Positions 10,201 to 18,734 are shown, counted from the stretch's first letter. The stretch is 46,858 nt of DNA from Candidatus Uhrbacteria bacterium (GCA_016209325.1 JACQWJ010000025.1:1-46858); one strand, 5' to 3'. A program made the numbers and translations. The notes: generated by a model not told the origin, from the letters alone.

Positions 10201-11063
10201 GCGGCATGGTCACGTTCGAGAACCTCGACTTCTACGTTCCGACGAGCGGCACCCGCGTGCTCACCGTGACGGCGGACACGAACTCCGTGTCTTCCACTGG
10301 TGCGACCTCGGGCAGCGAATTCCAGCTCAACTTCGACGCTGAGACCACCGGAACCGCCGAATTCGAGGCGGTCGGTGAGGCTTCCGGCGAGAAGCTGACG
10401 GAGGCCGACGTGGACACCTACGTCTTGGGCAACAAGATGGAGATCCGCAAGACCAAGCTCACTATCGACAAGGCTTCCGGCAGCCCGTCGGGCGCCAGCG
10501 TCCCGGGCCTCTCCGAAGTCTTCCGCTTCAACGTCACGGCCGATTCCCGCGGATTCGTGCAGCTGAATGAGGTGATGTTCAAGGTCACCTCGACCGACGG
10601 CGTCGATTCCGACTGGAACACTTGCGCCAACATCGGCGTGGCTGGTGATTGGGAGCTCTACGACATCAACGACTCCTCCGAGAAGCTTGATGACGCAACC
10701 GACTACACGTTCCGTGAGTCCGACGGCTCCGCTTGCGAAGCCGGCGACGACCTCGCCTACGTGCACATCAACTTTGAGGGCAGCGCGACCAACCCGGCCG
10801 AGGAAATCGGCGCGGGCGAGACCAAGACCTACATCCTCCGCGCCGACACCACGGGTGCCGACACGAGCGAGGACGACTCGTTCCGCATCGACATTCCGGA
10901 CGAGTCCGAAGTTGACGCGCTCGCGACCTCGCTTGACGCGATCAGCTGGGAGGACGACGTCGAAGGCGCCGGTGCCGGTGCCGACGACGACGACGACTTC
11001 GGCGACATTGACGGCGAGTACGTGAAGAACTTGCCGGTCACCGGAGGCACCCTCGTGTACTAA
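7251..11063 (+). CDS. Large acidic S-layer-like surface protein
   Basis: Signal peptide from ATG 7251. Very D/T/S/G-rich repeated beta-sandwich units, strong C-ending codon bias, C-terminal VKNLPVTGGTLVY. Confidence 0.75.
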   Translation: MTDAFKLGKRALTSFVALATIISSIGISALVAPLQVRAASAGDLIKGTTLATLYYYAADGKRYTFPNEKTFSTWYTNFNGVKTISDSELAAIPLAGNIVYRPGVRWIKIQSDPKTYAVTPQGKIRWIESEAVAVGLAGSDWNTMIDDVADTFFVDYALGSSLMSAADAFNGALVTMSGTNYLVWNGQKRMVTSEGSSANWFQTRAWLDGTGITLAGLSAGSDVTAKESTLTDVAQLGQTVTGGLSVSLASDTPASATIPQGAASVPFLKVKLMATSGDVTIDQLEFKLGGVGAVSNFGDTYLYNGDVRWTDGRSINSSSRVVTFGALNLKLKSGETSYLTLRGDISTTAVGSDTANFSLVSTSSVSGTATVSGNFPVTGNTMTFSETDAGTLVVDASGSITDPTIGEGDATIAKFTLEADDEDASVERITLNVDDAGDHSDFKLWKSTTLLASGTVSSDLVTFVLSSPLKIDEGNTETLKVSADIGGESNDVVAIAVEEEADVLAIGGDFGFNMSIDITGYDETGTTACATSADDCSRSEIIGGELTFAFNGPSSDDVCIDCNEEVFFKFKLTAENWTEVKEIQVQVECVAGSASGCDDAADNGDLYNDAADEPNLQDIKIRKVDSGTTWMGPEELDDSDDTLQTLTFSDDQVMTAGTTLDLEITADVNTDAIDADIYQFTILTDQVVAEDANGDELTAGEDIIPSADLAGNDFTLTDAEVTVDLSSPPSSGTYVKGASNVSVVGFTFDAGDSSDILIEEVTFGAMGDDDGSFTDVDEDLDVGDFVQSCSIYDNESGALIDGPESVTSDDEVQFDSFSWTIEAGESDKLLLKCNFANVDNASDTNDAFAFFIASADDIVAQDEDGDEIDATLGDDNTDGEVAIAITDGGTLAISQDGSTAKSTIILGSSTGVAISKFKFSATDEPQIVKTISLRNCVTSAVDANDDCDGEGDETEGDDDIAANVKVSYLDKAGATKTKTGFLSGGMVTFENLDFYVPTSGTRVLTVTADTNSVSSTGATSGSEFQLNFDAETTGTAEFEAVGEASGEKLTEADVDTYVLGNKMEIRKTKLTIDKASGSPSGASVPGLSEVFRFNVTADSRGFVQLNEVMFKVTSTDGVDSDWNTCANIGVAGDWELYDINDSSEKLDDATDYTFRESDGSACEAGDDLAYVHINFEGSATNPAEEIGAGETKTYILRADTTGADTSEDDSFRIDIPDESEVDALATSLDAISWEDDVEGAGAGADDDDDFGDIDGEYVKNLPVTGGTLVY

Positions 11064-11087
11064 GCTTCGGCTTAGACGCGACCCGAA

Positions 11088-11118
11088 GGTATGGGCGGGT
11101 CTCAGACCCGCCCATACC
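11088..11118. repeat. REP-like perfect palindrome
   Basis: ggtatgggcgggtct-c-agacccgcccatacc, 15-bp arms. Confidence 0.75.
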
Positions 11119-11184
11119 CCACAAGCCCGTCCGTTCCTGTGGCTCCATGGCTTTGGCCCATGGGAATCGGATGGGGAAGACGAC

Positions 11185-11224
11185 AAAAAACCGCCCTCGT
11201 TTGCGAGGGCGGTTTTGGTTTTTT
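11185..11224. terminator. Bidirectional intrinsic terminator
   Basis: aaaaccgccctcg-tttg-cgagggcggtttt between convergent genes, with A and T tracts on both sides. Confidence 0.85.
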
Positions 11225-11924
11225 ACGCAAGCGCCTTCATCAACCTCTCTTCTTCCTCCGGCGTCAGGTGCCGCCACGCGCCCGGGGGCAGGTTGTCGAG
11301 TGTGATGTGCATGACGCGGATGCGCTTCAGGGCTTTGACCTCGTACCCAAGCGTTTCGCACATGCGGCGGATCTGGCGGTTGCGCCCTTCCACGAGCACG
11401 ATCGAGAACAGGTCGGTTCCCATGCGGGCCACCCGTGCCGGGAGAGTCTTCCGTCCGTCGAACACCACCCCTTCCGCCATGTGTCGAAGAAACGTCTGGT
11501 TGAGCGGCCGGGCGAGGCGTACCACGTACTCCTTTTCGTGCCGCCCTTCCGACCGGAGGATGCGGTTGACGATGTCGCCGTCATTCGTGAGCAGGATGAG
11601 CCCAGAGGAGGCCACGTCCAAGCGCCCGATATGGAACAGGCGTTCGGGATAGCCGACCGCCTCGATGATATTGTCCCGGGCGTTCGGGTCCCCCGTGCAG
11701 ATAATCCCGACCGGCTTGTGGTATGCCAGATAGACGCGTCTGGACGGTTGTTTTGAAACGCGTTGACCGTTCACCATGATCGTCTCGTTGCCTTGCACTT
11801 TTTCCCCTAGTCCCACCGCGCGTCCATCCACCCGCACCTTTCCAGCTTCAATCAGTCGGTCCGCTTCACGTCGTGAACAGACGCCGGATGACACCAGGAA
11901 TTTGTTGAGGCGAACGGGTTCCAT
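11223..11924 (-). CDS. 23S rRNA pseudouridine synthase (RsuA/RluF family)
   Basis: S4 domain (RLNKFL...CSRREAD), catalytic GRLD, EGRNRQIRRMC. Confidence 0.92.
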   Translation of the reverse strand: MEPVRLNKFLVSSGVCSRREADRLIEAGKVRVDGRAVGLGEKVQGNETIMVNGQRVSKQPSRRVYLAYHKPVGIICTGDPNARDNIIEAVGYPERLFHIGRLDVASSGLILLTNDGDIVNRILRSEGRHEKEYVVRLARPLNQTFLRHMAEGVVFDGRKTLPARVARMGTDLFSIVLVEGRNRQIRRMCETLGYEVKALKRIRVMHITLDNLPPGAWRHLTPEEEERLMKALA

Positions 11925-11962
11925 GTGAGTGAGTATGTTACACTGGATGGTAAACGCGTTTT

Positions 11963-12355
11963 ATGGGAAAGGCAATCCGCAACCGCTCGATGATGTTTCT
12001 GCCGCTGGCCGTGTGCGCGGCGACGGTGCTTGTCGTCTTTCTACGCGGACCGGAAGAGATTCGCGTGGAAAGAGAGGTTCAGAAACTGATGCAGGAGCTT
12101 CTCGCCCATCCTCCCATTGGCGCGGTAGGGTATCACGTCACCGCAGCCATGTCCACGCAGCTCAACGATTTCGTGCTTGTCGACGAAGAAGCGGGGAGGG
12201 GAGGATGCGCCGGCCGCTTTCAGCACGGCACGCGCCAACAAGCCACCTGGGCTGATGCCCACATCGGCACCGAAGTGTCTTCTGCTCTATTGCGCGTCCA
12301 GGTGTTGTGGGAAATCGACGCGGATGGCTGTCCGTCCGGCCAAACGGTGCGTTAA
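11963..12355 (+). CDS. Hypothetical exported/membrane protein
   Basis: Hydrophobic N-terminal segment; start uncertain. Confidence 0.5.
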   Translation: MGKAIRNRSMMFLPLAVCAATVLVVFLRGPEEIRVEREVQKLMQELLAHPPIGAVGYHVTAAMSTQLNDFVLVDEEAGRGGCAGRFQHGTRQQATWADAHIGTEVSSALLRVQVLWEIDADGCPSGQTVR

Positions 12356-12436
12356 GCGGCGTTGCCACGTGTTTGCCGCTTTGATACACTGACTCCGATA
12401 ACATGTTCATTTTTGTTCCTTAGCTGGAAGGAGGAT

Positions 12437-12787
12437 ATGCCAAAGAAAGCCAAGGCCGCGCGTGCGGCAACGACGGAACCGATCATTAAGCCTGTCGTTC
12501 GACGTCGTGCCGTGTCCGTCGCGCGCGGCAAGAAGAAGGCCCGCCCCGTTTCGCCGGTTTCCAAAACCGTGGTGCGCAAAAAGCGCCTGGCTCCCGTTCT
12601 GAAAGCGGAAGCCGCTCCGGCCGTGCATGCAGAGCCGAAGAAACCGACGCCGGTTTCGACCGCCGCCGCTCCCCATTGCGCGGAATGCCAGTTCATTCCG
12701 CTCGGGTCCGCCGTCATGGTAGCCGTGCTCTCCGGCCTAGTCGTTGCTCTGTCCATGTGTCTTATGCAAGCCATGTTGTTCCTATGA
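12437..12787 (+). CDS. Lys/Ala-rich protein with C-terminal membrane anchor
   Basis: SD gaaggagg before ATG 12437. Histone-H1-like basic tract, CxxC, C-terminal TM. Confidence 0.65.
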   Translation: MPKKAKAARAATTEPIIKPVVRRRAVSVARGKKKARPVSPVSKTVVRKKRLAPVLKAEAAPAVHAEPKKPTPVSTAAAPHCAECQFIPLGSAVMVAVLSGLVVALSMCLMQAMLFL

Positions 12788-12900
12788 TGGGACCTCTGCA
12801 AAAGTGCGTCTTTTCGTCTCACGGGCACCCGTTGACCCCGCTCAACGTAGTGTCTACTACGTCTCGCGGGGCTCAACAGCCCGTTCAACGAAAATCCATC
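12786..12900. ncRNA. Candidate structured intergenic RNA (long irregular hairpin)
   Basis: Six nested helices (see findings). Confidence 0.45.
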
Positions 12901-12918
12901 CCTTTTTCAGAGGTCCCG

Positions 12919-13554
12919 ATGAAATTCCGTTTTCTCGTCGGAGGACTTTTCCTGTTCCTCATCCTGGCCGGGGCCGGCTGCTCGGGCGCGTCCGAGCCGG
13001 CGTCCGATCCCACGACAAACAGTAACTCATCCGGCGCTGCCGCCTCCAACGCACCGACCAGTATGCAAAATCCCTCCGCGCCCGCTGCCTCGTTCGTCGG
13101 CGTCCTGCCGGCAGAGAAGATCCAGAACAAGGTGATTCGCATCAAGACCGCCAAAGGAGACGTGACGTTCGAGTTGTTTCCGGACACCGCGCCGCTCGCC
13201 GTCTCGAACCTCGTGGCGCTCGCGGAAGCCGGGTTTTACGACGGCCTGGTTTTCCACCGCCGCGAGGAAGGGTTCGTGATCCAAGGTGGCGACCCGCTCG
13301 GCAACGGCCGCGGCGGTCCCGGCTACACCTTCGCGGACGAGCTGAAGGACGAGTACGCCTACCAGCGCGGCATCGTGGCCATGGCCAACCGCGGCCCGGA
13401 CACGAACGGCTCCCAGTTTTTCATCATGCTCGCCGATACACCTCTCCCCAAGAGCTACACGATCTTCGGTAGGGTCGTGGAAGGCATGGAGGCCGTCGAC
13501 CAGATCAAGGTCGGAGACGAGATGATCGAAGTGAGGGTCGAGGAGAAGCCATAG
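12919..13554 (+). CDS. Cyclophilin-type peptidyl-prolyl isomerase, lipoprotein
   Basis: Lipobox-like AGAGC, FYDGLVFHR, FVIQGGDP, AMANRGPDTNGSQFFI. Confidence 0.93.
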   Translation: MKFRFLVGGLFLFLILAGAGCSGASEPASDPTTNSNSSGAAASNAPTSMQNPSAPAASFVGVLPAEKIQNKVIRIKTAKGDVTFELFPDTAPLAVSNLVALAEAGFYDGLVFHRREEGFVIQGGDPLGNGRGGPGYTFADELKDEYAYQRGIVAMANRGPDTNGSQFFIMLADTPLPKSYTIFGRVVEGMEAVDQIKVGDEMIEVRVEEKP

Positions 13555-13642
13555 AAATTTGCAAAGACGCGGGAAAGCAAGATGAACAATCTTGCTTTTC
13601 GGTTGAATAGAAAAGAGCCCCGAGGACAGGGCTTCAGAGGAT

Positions 13643-13837
13643 ATGCAATTCGTATCGAACGTTCATGCGGTATCCAAGGTAGTTCAAGATATCTTGGACG
13701 GCATGCTTGTACGCAAACTTTCTCCCGACGGCTCGTCCCCCATCTTCCCGATCCGTGCTTACCGTGAACAGTATGACCCGCGGTTCGTTTCCAGACTATT
13801 CGTTTACGACGAACAGAAGACTCAAAAAGAGTTGTGA
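13643..13837 (+). CDS. Small hypothetical protein
   Basis: 64-aa ORF with agagga SD before the ATG. Confidence 0.4.
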   Translation: MQFVSNVHAVSKVVQDILDGMLVRKLSPDGSSPIFPIRAYREQYDPRFVSRLFVYDEQKTQKEL

Positions 13838-13904
13838 GTTCATCAAATGCCTCTGTATAGACATTACACTCCACAATCGGACTGAATTGTCGTATAATGA
13901 AAGA

Positions 13905-14066
13905 ATGAAAAAGACTAAACTTAGCAATAAACAAGAATCAGAATTACGTGGTGTTGTCTCTCTCAAGAACACTCAAGCCATGAAAGATTTCGTCAAATAT
14001 TTAAACACGAACCGATTTAATTATTCTTTACTCGGATTTCATTGTCAGTCCAGTTGTGAAGTGTGA
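13905..14066 (+). CDS. Small hypothetical protein, probably leaderless
   Basis: TATAAT at 13893-13898, 6 nt before ATG 13905. 53-aa basic ORF. Confidence 0.5.
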   Translation: MKKTKLSNKQESELRGVVSLKNTQAMKDFVKYLNTNRFNYSLLGFHCQSSCEV

Positions 14067-14102
14067 GTTCTATAGTGGGTTAAATTGTTCTCGCCATTTT
14101 CT

Positions 14103-14465
14103 ATGCCTTCACTCAGTCATGTCAGGCGACCCTCTCCGGAACATGTTCAGCCTCCTCAGGAATTCCGCTTGAGTCCTGAGGAAGGAATCTTTTTTGGGAG
14201 CAAAGTACAAGCGGATTATTTAAAACATCGGGGGTTTTACGATGCAACTGATCCTTTGAGGCAACTCAAAATGAACGTGTGGCTGGAGCATTACGGACTT
14301 AGGTTTCGGGAGTTGTGGAATGCAAACACGAACGAACTGAAACAGAACGCTATTTTGGCTTCCCAAGGAGGAAAGTCATGGGATGATGTCTATAGGCAAA
14401 TCGAAGACTTGTTGAAGGACTCGAAGGATGCATTTGAGGCATGGGTTAGGGAACAAGCTCACTGA
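14103..14465 (+). CDS. Hypothetical protein
   Basis: Protein-like ORF of lower GC; no family recognised. Confidence 0.6.
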   Translation: MPSLSHVRRPSPEHVQPPQEFRLSPEEGIFFGSKVQADYLKHRGFYDATDPLRQLKMNVWLEHYGLRFRELWNANTNELKQNAILASQGGKSWDDVYRQIEDLLKDSKDAFEAWVREQAH

Positions 14466-14477
14466 TTGCGTACCAAG

Positions 14478-14816
14478 ATGGGTATGTTGAAAAGAGGTGT
14501 GCTGCGTCCCCCGCTCAAAGACCCGCTCGCGGGAGCGGAACTCGATCCGAACCTGCCTGCTGTCGACCTGCATGGTCTCTCGAGTGACCAGGCTCTGTGC
14601 GAGCTCGACGCGTTCCTCCACCGCGCCTACGTTGGGGGTATTCCCGCAGCGCGCATCATCTACGGACGAGGAACGGGTCGCCTCCTGGCGGCCGTTTCGC
14701 ATTTCCTGCGGACGCATCCTTTGGTAGAGTACGCCCGAGGATCGGATCAGCCCGCGGAAATCGGCGGCGTGACCTACGTCCTCCTGGTCCGCGCCTTTCC
14801 TGAGAGCCTTCATTGA
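14478..14816 (+). CDS. Smr/MutS2 C-terminal domain protein
   Basis: VDLHG and IIYGRGTG motifs. Confidence 0.88.
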   Translation: MGMLKRGVLRPPLKDPLAGAELDPNLPAVDLHGLSSDQALCELDAFLHRAYVGGIPAARIIYGRGTGRLLAAVSHFLRTHPLVEYARGSDQPAEIGGVTYVLLVRAFPESLH

Positions 14817-14824
14817 TTTTCTCT

Positions 14825-15256
14825 ATGTATCTCCAAAGCGTCGACTTCAAGTCGAACGGTTCCATCCCTGTCCTCCATACGTGCGACGGCGCCAGCGTGT
14901 CGCCGCATTTAGAATGGGGAGGCCTGCCCAAGGGAACCCAAAGCCTGGCCGTCAGCTGCTTCGATCCCGATTCTCCGAGTGGCACATTCGCCCATTGGCT
15001 GATTGTGAACATTCCTCCGACGCTTCCCGAAGTCGCCCAGGGCGGAAGAACAGGCGGGCAGGAGCTGGTTAACGACTTCGGTGCCCGGGGGTACGGCGGC
15101 CCATGCCCGCCCAAGGGGACGCATCGGTACGTGTTCACTCTGTACGCTCTCGACGTCGAGCGTCTGGAAGGCGTCACACGCGAGAGGTTCGCCGAACACG
15201 TCGAGAAGCATGTCATTGAGCGAACAGAACTTATCGGCAAGTACCGCCGTAAATAA
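14825..15256 (+). CDS. YbhB/YbcL (PEBP) family protein
   Basis: DPDSPSGTFAHW and YGGPCPPKGTHRYVFTLYALD. Confidence 0.92.
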   Translation: MYLQSVDFKSNGSIPVLHTCDGASVSPHLEWGGLPKGTQSLAVSCFDPDSPSGTFAHWLIVNIPPTLPEVAQGGRTGGQELVNDFGARGYGGPCPPKGTHRYVFTLYALDVERLEGVTRERFAEHVEKHVIERTELIGKYRRK

Positions 15257-15334
15257 GCCCCTATGCCTTTCGTCCATAACGCCGCGTCATCGTTGGTTTT
15301 TTCCTTGAACCGTTTACTCCATCCGGTTGTTTAC

Positions 15335-15940
15335 ATGCATTTTCGCGTCCATTGGGTCGCAGGCGTGGACGTGCTGTCGGACCACCCTTTGGTTCAAAAG
15401 GCCTACCGCCGCGCGCGCAAGCTGCACGCGGGTCAGCAACGCAAGGACGAAGTGACGCCGTTCATCGTCCACCCAGTTCGCGTCGCGCTCATCCTGCAGG
15501 AGGCCGGATCGGTTCCGGAGGTCGTCGCTGCGGCGCTGCTCCACGATACCGTCGAGGACACGTCATACACCCCCGACCGCCTGCGTCGGGATTTTGGGGA
15601 AATGATCCATGGCATTGTCCTGGCATGTACCGAAGATCAGGGTATTCCGGATTGGCGCTCCCGCAAGGAACGCCTTCTGGCTCAGGTGCGGGGAGCCTCG
15701 GATGAAGCACGTCTCTTGAAGGCCGCCGATGTGCTGGCCAACATGCGTAATCTCCTCGATGGTTTGCGTGTGACAAACGGGGCGTTTTGGGCCAAGTTTC
15801 TGGGGCAGCCCGAAGATTATCTTTGGTATTACCGTCAGGTCTACGATATCGCCTCCGACATCCTGCCCAACCCCATGCGGTCGGATTTTCTCCAAGGCAT
15901 TCAGGAGCTGGAAAGTGCAATGCGCGTTTCGGACCTTTGA
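15335..15940 (+). CDS. HD-domain small alarmone hydrolase-like (Mesh1/SAH) protein
   Basis: HAGQQRK, PFIVHP, ALLHDTVED, LKAADVLAN. Confidence 0.85.
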   Translation: MHFRVHWVAGVDVLSDHPLVQKAYRRARKLHAGQQRKDEVTPFIVHPVRVALILQEAGSVPEVVAAALLHDTVEDTSYTPDRLRRDFGEMIHGIVLACTEDQGIPDWRSRKERLLAQVRGASDEARLLKAADVLANMRNLLDGLRVTNGAFWAKFLGQPEDYLWYYRQVYDIASDILPNPMRSDFLQGIQELESAMRVSDL

Positions 15941-16054
15941 TGGCAAGGCGTTTGTGTTAGGACGGCGTTTTGTAACATCTCTTCCCCTGCGTAACGGAAC
16001 GAGTCGTTTTTTCGTTTGAACAAAGGACGTCTTTTCGTGGATTTATCTTTTCTT

Positions 16055-18340
16055 ATGTCTGTCTTGCATCCCGCACGTCCTTCCATGTTCGTTGTTTCCG
16101 CCGTCCTGTTCATCCTGGCGTCCGTCTGTGCGGCTGTTCCGGTCCATGCCGCCGGTTGGGCAGCCCAGGAATCCCCGACCGGTCGTAACTTGTATGCGAT
16201 TGACATTTCCGAATCCGTCGGCTATGCCGTCGGGCAAAGCGGCGTCATCGCCTATACGAAGGATGGGGGGAAGAATTGGGAAACGGGAAAAAGCTCCGTC
16301 CGCGATGACCTGTACGGCGTCGCGTTCATGGGTTCCAAGACGGGCGTGGCGGTCGGGGACGCGGGGACCATCCTACGGACCGAGAACAGTGGCTCTTCCT
16401 GGACGGAAATCGCCGTTGCTGGCCTTTCGGAAGATCTCCGGGCCGTGCGCATGGCCACGTCGTCGGCTGGCTACGCGGTCGGGGAAGGCGGTCTCATCCT
16501 GAAGACCGAGGACGGCGGGAAGACATGGAAGGAGCAGGACGTGTCCACGGACGAGGACCTGTTCGATGTCACGGCGCCTCGTTCGGACGCTTCGCGCGTC
16601 TGGGCCGTCGGGCGCAACGGCACGATCGTCGCCACAGCGGACGGCGGCAAGACTTGGAAGCTGCAGAAATCGGGGACCTCTCAGGACCTGTATGCCGCAT
16701 CCGCGCCTACGTCCTCCGCCGTCTGGGCGGCGGGCGAAGGCGACCAAATCCTCAAGTCGTCCGACGGCGGATCGACCTGGTCCGAATTTGATGCGGACGG
16801 CCTGTCTTCCGGGGAAGACGTCAACGACGTGACCTTTCTTTCTTCCTCCAAGGGGATGCTCGAAGGAAGCGAGGGTACGCATCTCCAGACGGACGACGGC
16901 GGGAAGACATGGGAAGAGGTGGAGATTGACGACGGTCCCGTGTTCCAGCGCGCGACCTATGCCGCGGAAGACCTTCGCTGGGCCGTGGGCGAGGAAGGCG
17001 CCATCTACCGCTATGACGCCGAATCTCCGTCCAAGCCCGGAAATTTCGCCCTTACGGACGCGTCCTTGACGACCGATGACGAGCCTGTCTTTACCTGGTC
17101 CGCCTCGACCGACGGTGAGTCAGCTATTGAGACCTACGAATTCAAGCTGGACTCTGCGTCCTATAAGGACATTGGAAACAAGACGAGCTACGCGGTTTCC
17201 GAGCTGGAAGCGGGTTTCCACACGGCCCGCGTTCGGGCTGTCGACCGGGCTGGCAACGCGGGCGAAGAAGCGAAGCTTACGTTTACTGTCTCGTCTTCCG
17301 CTTCCGGAAACGTCTCGGTATCCGACGTTTCCCCGACCTCGGCCAAGCTCAAGGTCGCGACGACGTTTTCGGTTAGGCCCAAGGGGTTCGGATCCGGGCT
17401 TTCCTGCCGCCTTACCATTGACGACAAGGACGTTGGGGCAATGGAGGATGAGAAGAATTCGGACCTGTTCAGCCTGTCGCACACCTTTTTCGCCGTCGGA
17501 ACCTACAAGCTGCAGGTTTTCTGCAAGGATAACGGCGGCCACAAGGCTTCCAGCTCGGTTGAGCGGGTGACTGTCAGCTCTTCGGACGCTGCGGCGCCGA
17601 GCGTGAGCGCTGTCACGCCATCGACGGCGGTGAAGGGGGTTGCCGTGACGTTGTCCGCCGACGTTTCCGACAACGTGAAAGTCGCGTCCTGCAGCCTGTA
17701 CCTGGACGGAAAGAACACCGCGGCCATGGCCGTCGCTTCCGGCCGTGCGACCGTCAAGCAGACATTTCAAACCGCGGGTTCCTATGTCGTTTACGCGCGC
17801 TGCGCGGACGCGAACGGGAACGCCGCGAACGGGCCGTCTTCCTCCCTCGCCGTCCTCGCGTCCTCGACTAACGCCGCCCCCGGGGACTTGCTCAAGATGG
17901 GCTGCGGCGCGAATGTGGAGGTCAACGATCCCTGCACGGCCGTCTACTTCTACGGTCCCGACGGCAAGCGCCACGCGTTTCCGAACGAGCGCGTCTTCAG
18001 CGCCTGGTACAAGAATTTCGACGGCTTGGTCATCGTCACGTCCGACGTCATGGCCTCCATCCCCCTCGGACGGAACGTCACCCAGCCTCCGGGAAAGCGT
18101 CTGGTCAAGTTCTGGTCCCAGAATACGGTGTACGCCCTGACGCGCGGCGGCGTCCTGCGCCCGATCGCGAACGGCGACATCGCGGCCGCCCTGTACGGCT
18201 CCTCCTGGCCGGAGCTCATCGACGACGTGAACGACGTCTTCTTCGGCAATTACAAGGTCGGGGAAGTGATTGACAGTTCCAAGGACTACGACCGCAAGGT
18301 GGAGGAGAAGTCAGTTAGCGGCCTTGGGGACAATTTTTAA
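16055..18340 (+). CDS. Secreted YCF48/BNR beta-propeller + FN3/Ig protein with C-terminal putative cell-surface anchor domain
   Basis: Signal peptide, repeated TxDGGxTW Asp-boxes, VRAVDRAGN FN3 motif, C-terminal domain homologous to the S-layer N-terminus. Start uncertain (16055 or 16085). Confidence 0.85.
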   Translation: MSVLHPARPSMFVVSAVLFILASVCAAVPVHAAGWAAQESPTGRNLYAIDISESVGYAVGQSGVIAYTKDGGKNWETGKSSVRDDLYGVAFMGSKTGVAVGDAGTILRTENSGSSWTEIAVAGLSEDLRAVRMATSSAGYAVGEGGLILKTEDGGKTWKEQDVSTDEDLFDVTAPRSDASRVWAVGRNGTIVATADGGKTWKLQKSGTSQDLYAASAPTSSAVWAAGEGDQILKSSDGGSTWSEFDADGLSSGEDVNDVTFLSSSKGMLEGSEGTHLQTDDGGKTWEEVEIDDGPVFQRATYAAEDLRWAVGEEGAIYRYDAESPSKPGNFALTDASLTTDDEPVFTWSASTDGESAIETYEFKLDSASYKDIGNKTSYAVSELEAGFHTARVRAVDRAGNAGEEAKLTFTVSSSASGNVSVSDVSPTSAKLKVATTFSVRPKGFGSGLSCRLTIDDKDVGAMEDEKNSDLFSLSHTFFAVGTYKLQVFCKDNGGHKASSSVERVTVSSSDAAAPSVSAVTPSTAVKGVAVTLSADVSDNVKVASCSLYLDGKNTAAMAVASGRATVKQTFQTAGSYVVYARCADANGNAANGPSSSLAVLASSTNAAPGDLLKMGCGANVEVNDPCTAVYFYGPDGKRHAFPNERVFSAWYKNFDGLVIVTSDVMASIPLGRNVTQPPGKRLVKFWSQNTVYALTRGGVLRPIANGDIAAALYGSSWPELIDDVNDVFFGNYKVGEVIDSSKDYDRKVEEKSVSGLGDNF

Positions 18341-18497
18341 TCTGTTGATCGGAAGCGGTGTCAGCGCGAGTACCGTTTTTCCGTTTCCAACGCCATGCCC
18401 CCATGTGTTTCTCACGCTTGTTCCCCCATTCTTTTTTTGGTATGCTACCTCCGTTACTTGTACGTTCAGACAAAAATTGTCCGTTTAACGTCTGCCT

Positions 18498-18734
18498 ATG
18501 ATCGAAGGAGGAACCTCGTTGGATTTCATTTCCGCTCATCCCGAAGCGTCTCCCGACGCCGAGCGCGTCCGCACGGAGATGGAAGAGGCGCTGGCGGAAG
18601 TCTTGGATACAGGCGTTTTCGGATCCCCCGAACACCGCGTCGCGGCCTGTCTTGGCTCGCTGTGCCTTGATTTGCCCCGTTGCGACAGCGTCCTGGATAC
18701 CCTGTTTCCCGTTCCCGGTGCCGCGCATGCGTGA
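18498..18734 (+). CDS. Small hypothetical protein
   Basis: 78-aa ORF overlapping the next start. Confidence 0.45.
   Translation: MIEGGTSLDFISAHPEASPDAERVRTEMEEALAEVLDTGVFGSPEHRVAACLGSLCLDLPRCDSVLDTLFPVPGAAHA

Noticed and set aside
8523-11186. 887-aa antisense ORF (likewise 19568-21163, 22964-24352 and 41696-43489)
   Set aside because: Shadow ORFs caused by strong GC3 codon bias of real genes on the opposite strand.
16230-16920. Recurring gacggcgggaagacatgg motif
   Set aside because: It encodes BNR/Asp-box repeats (DGGKTW).
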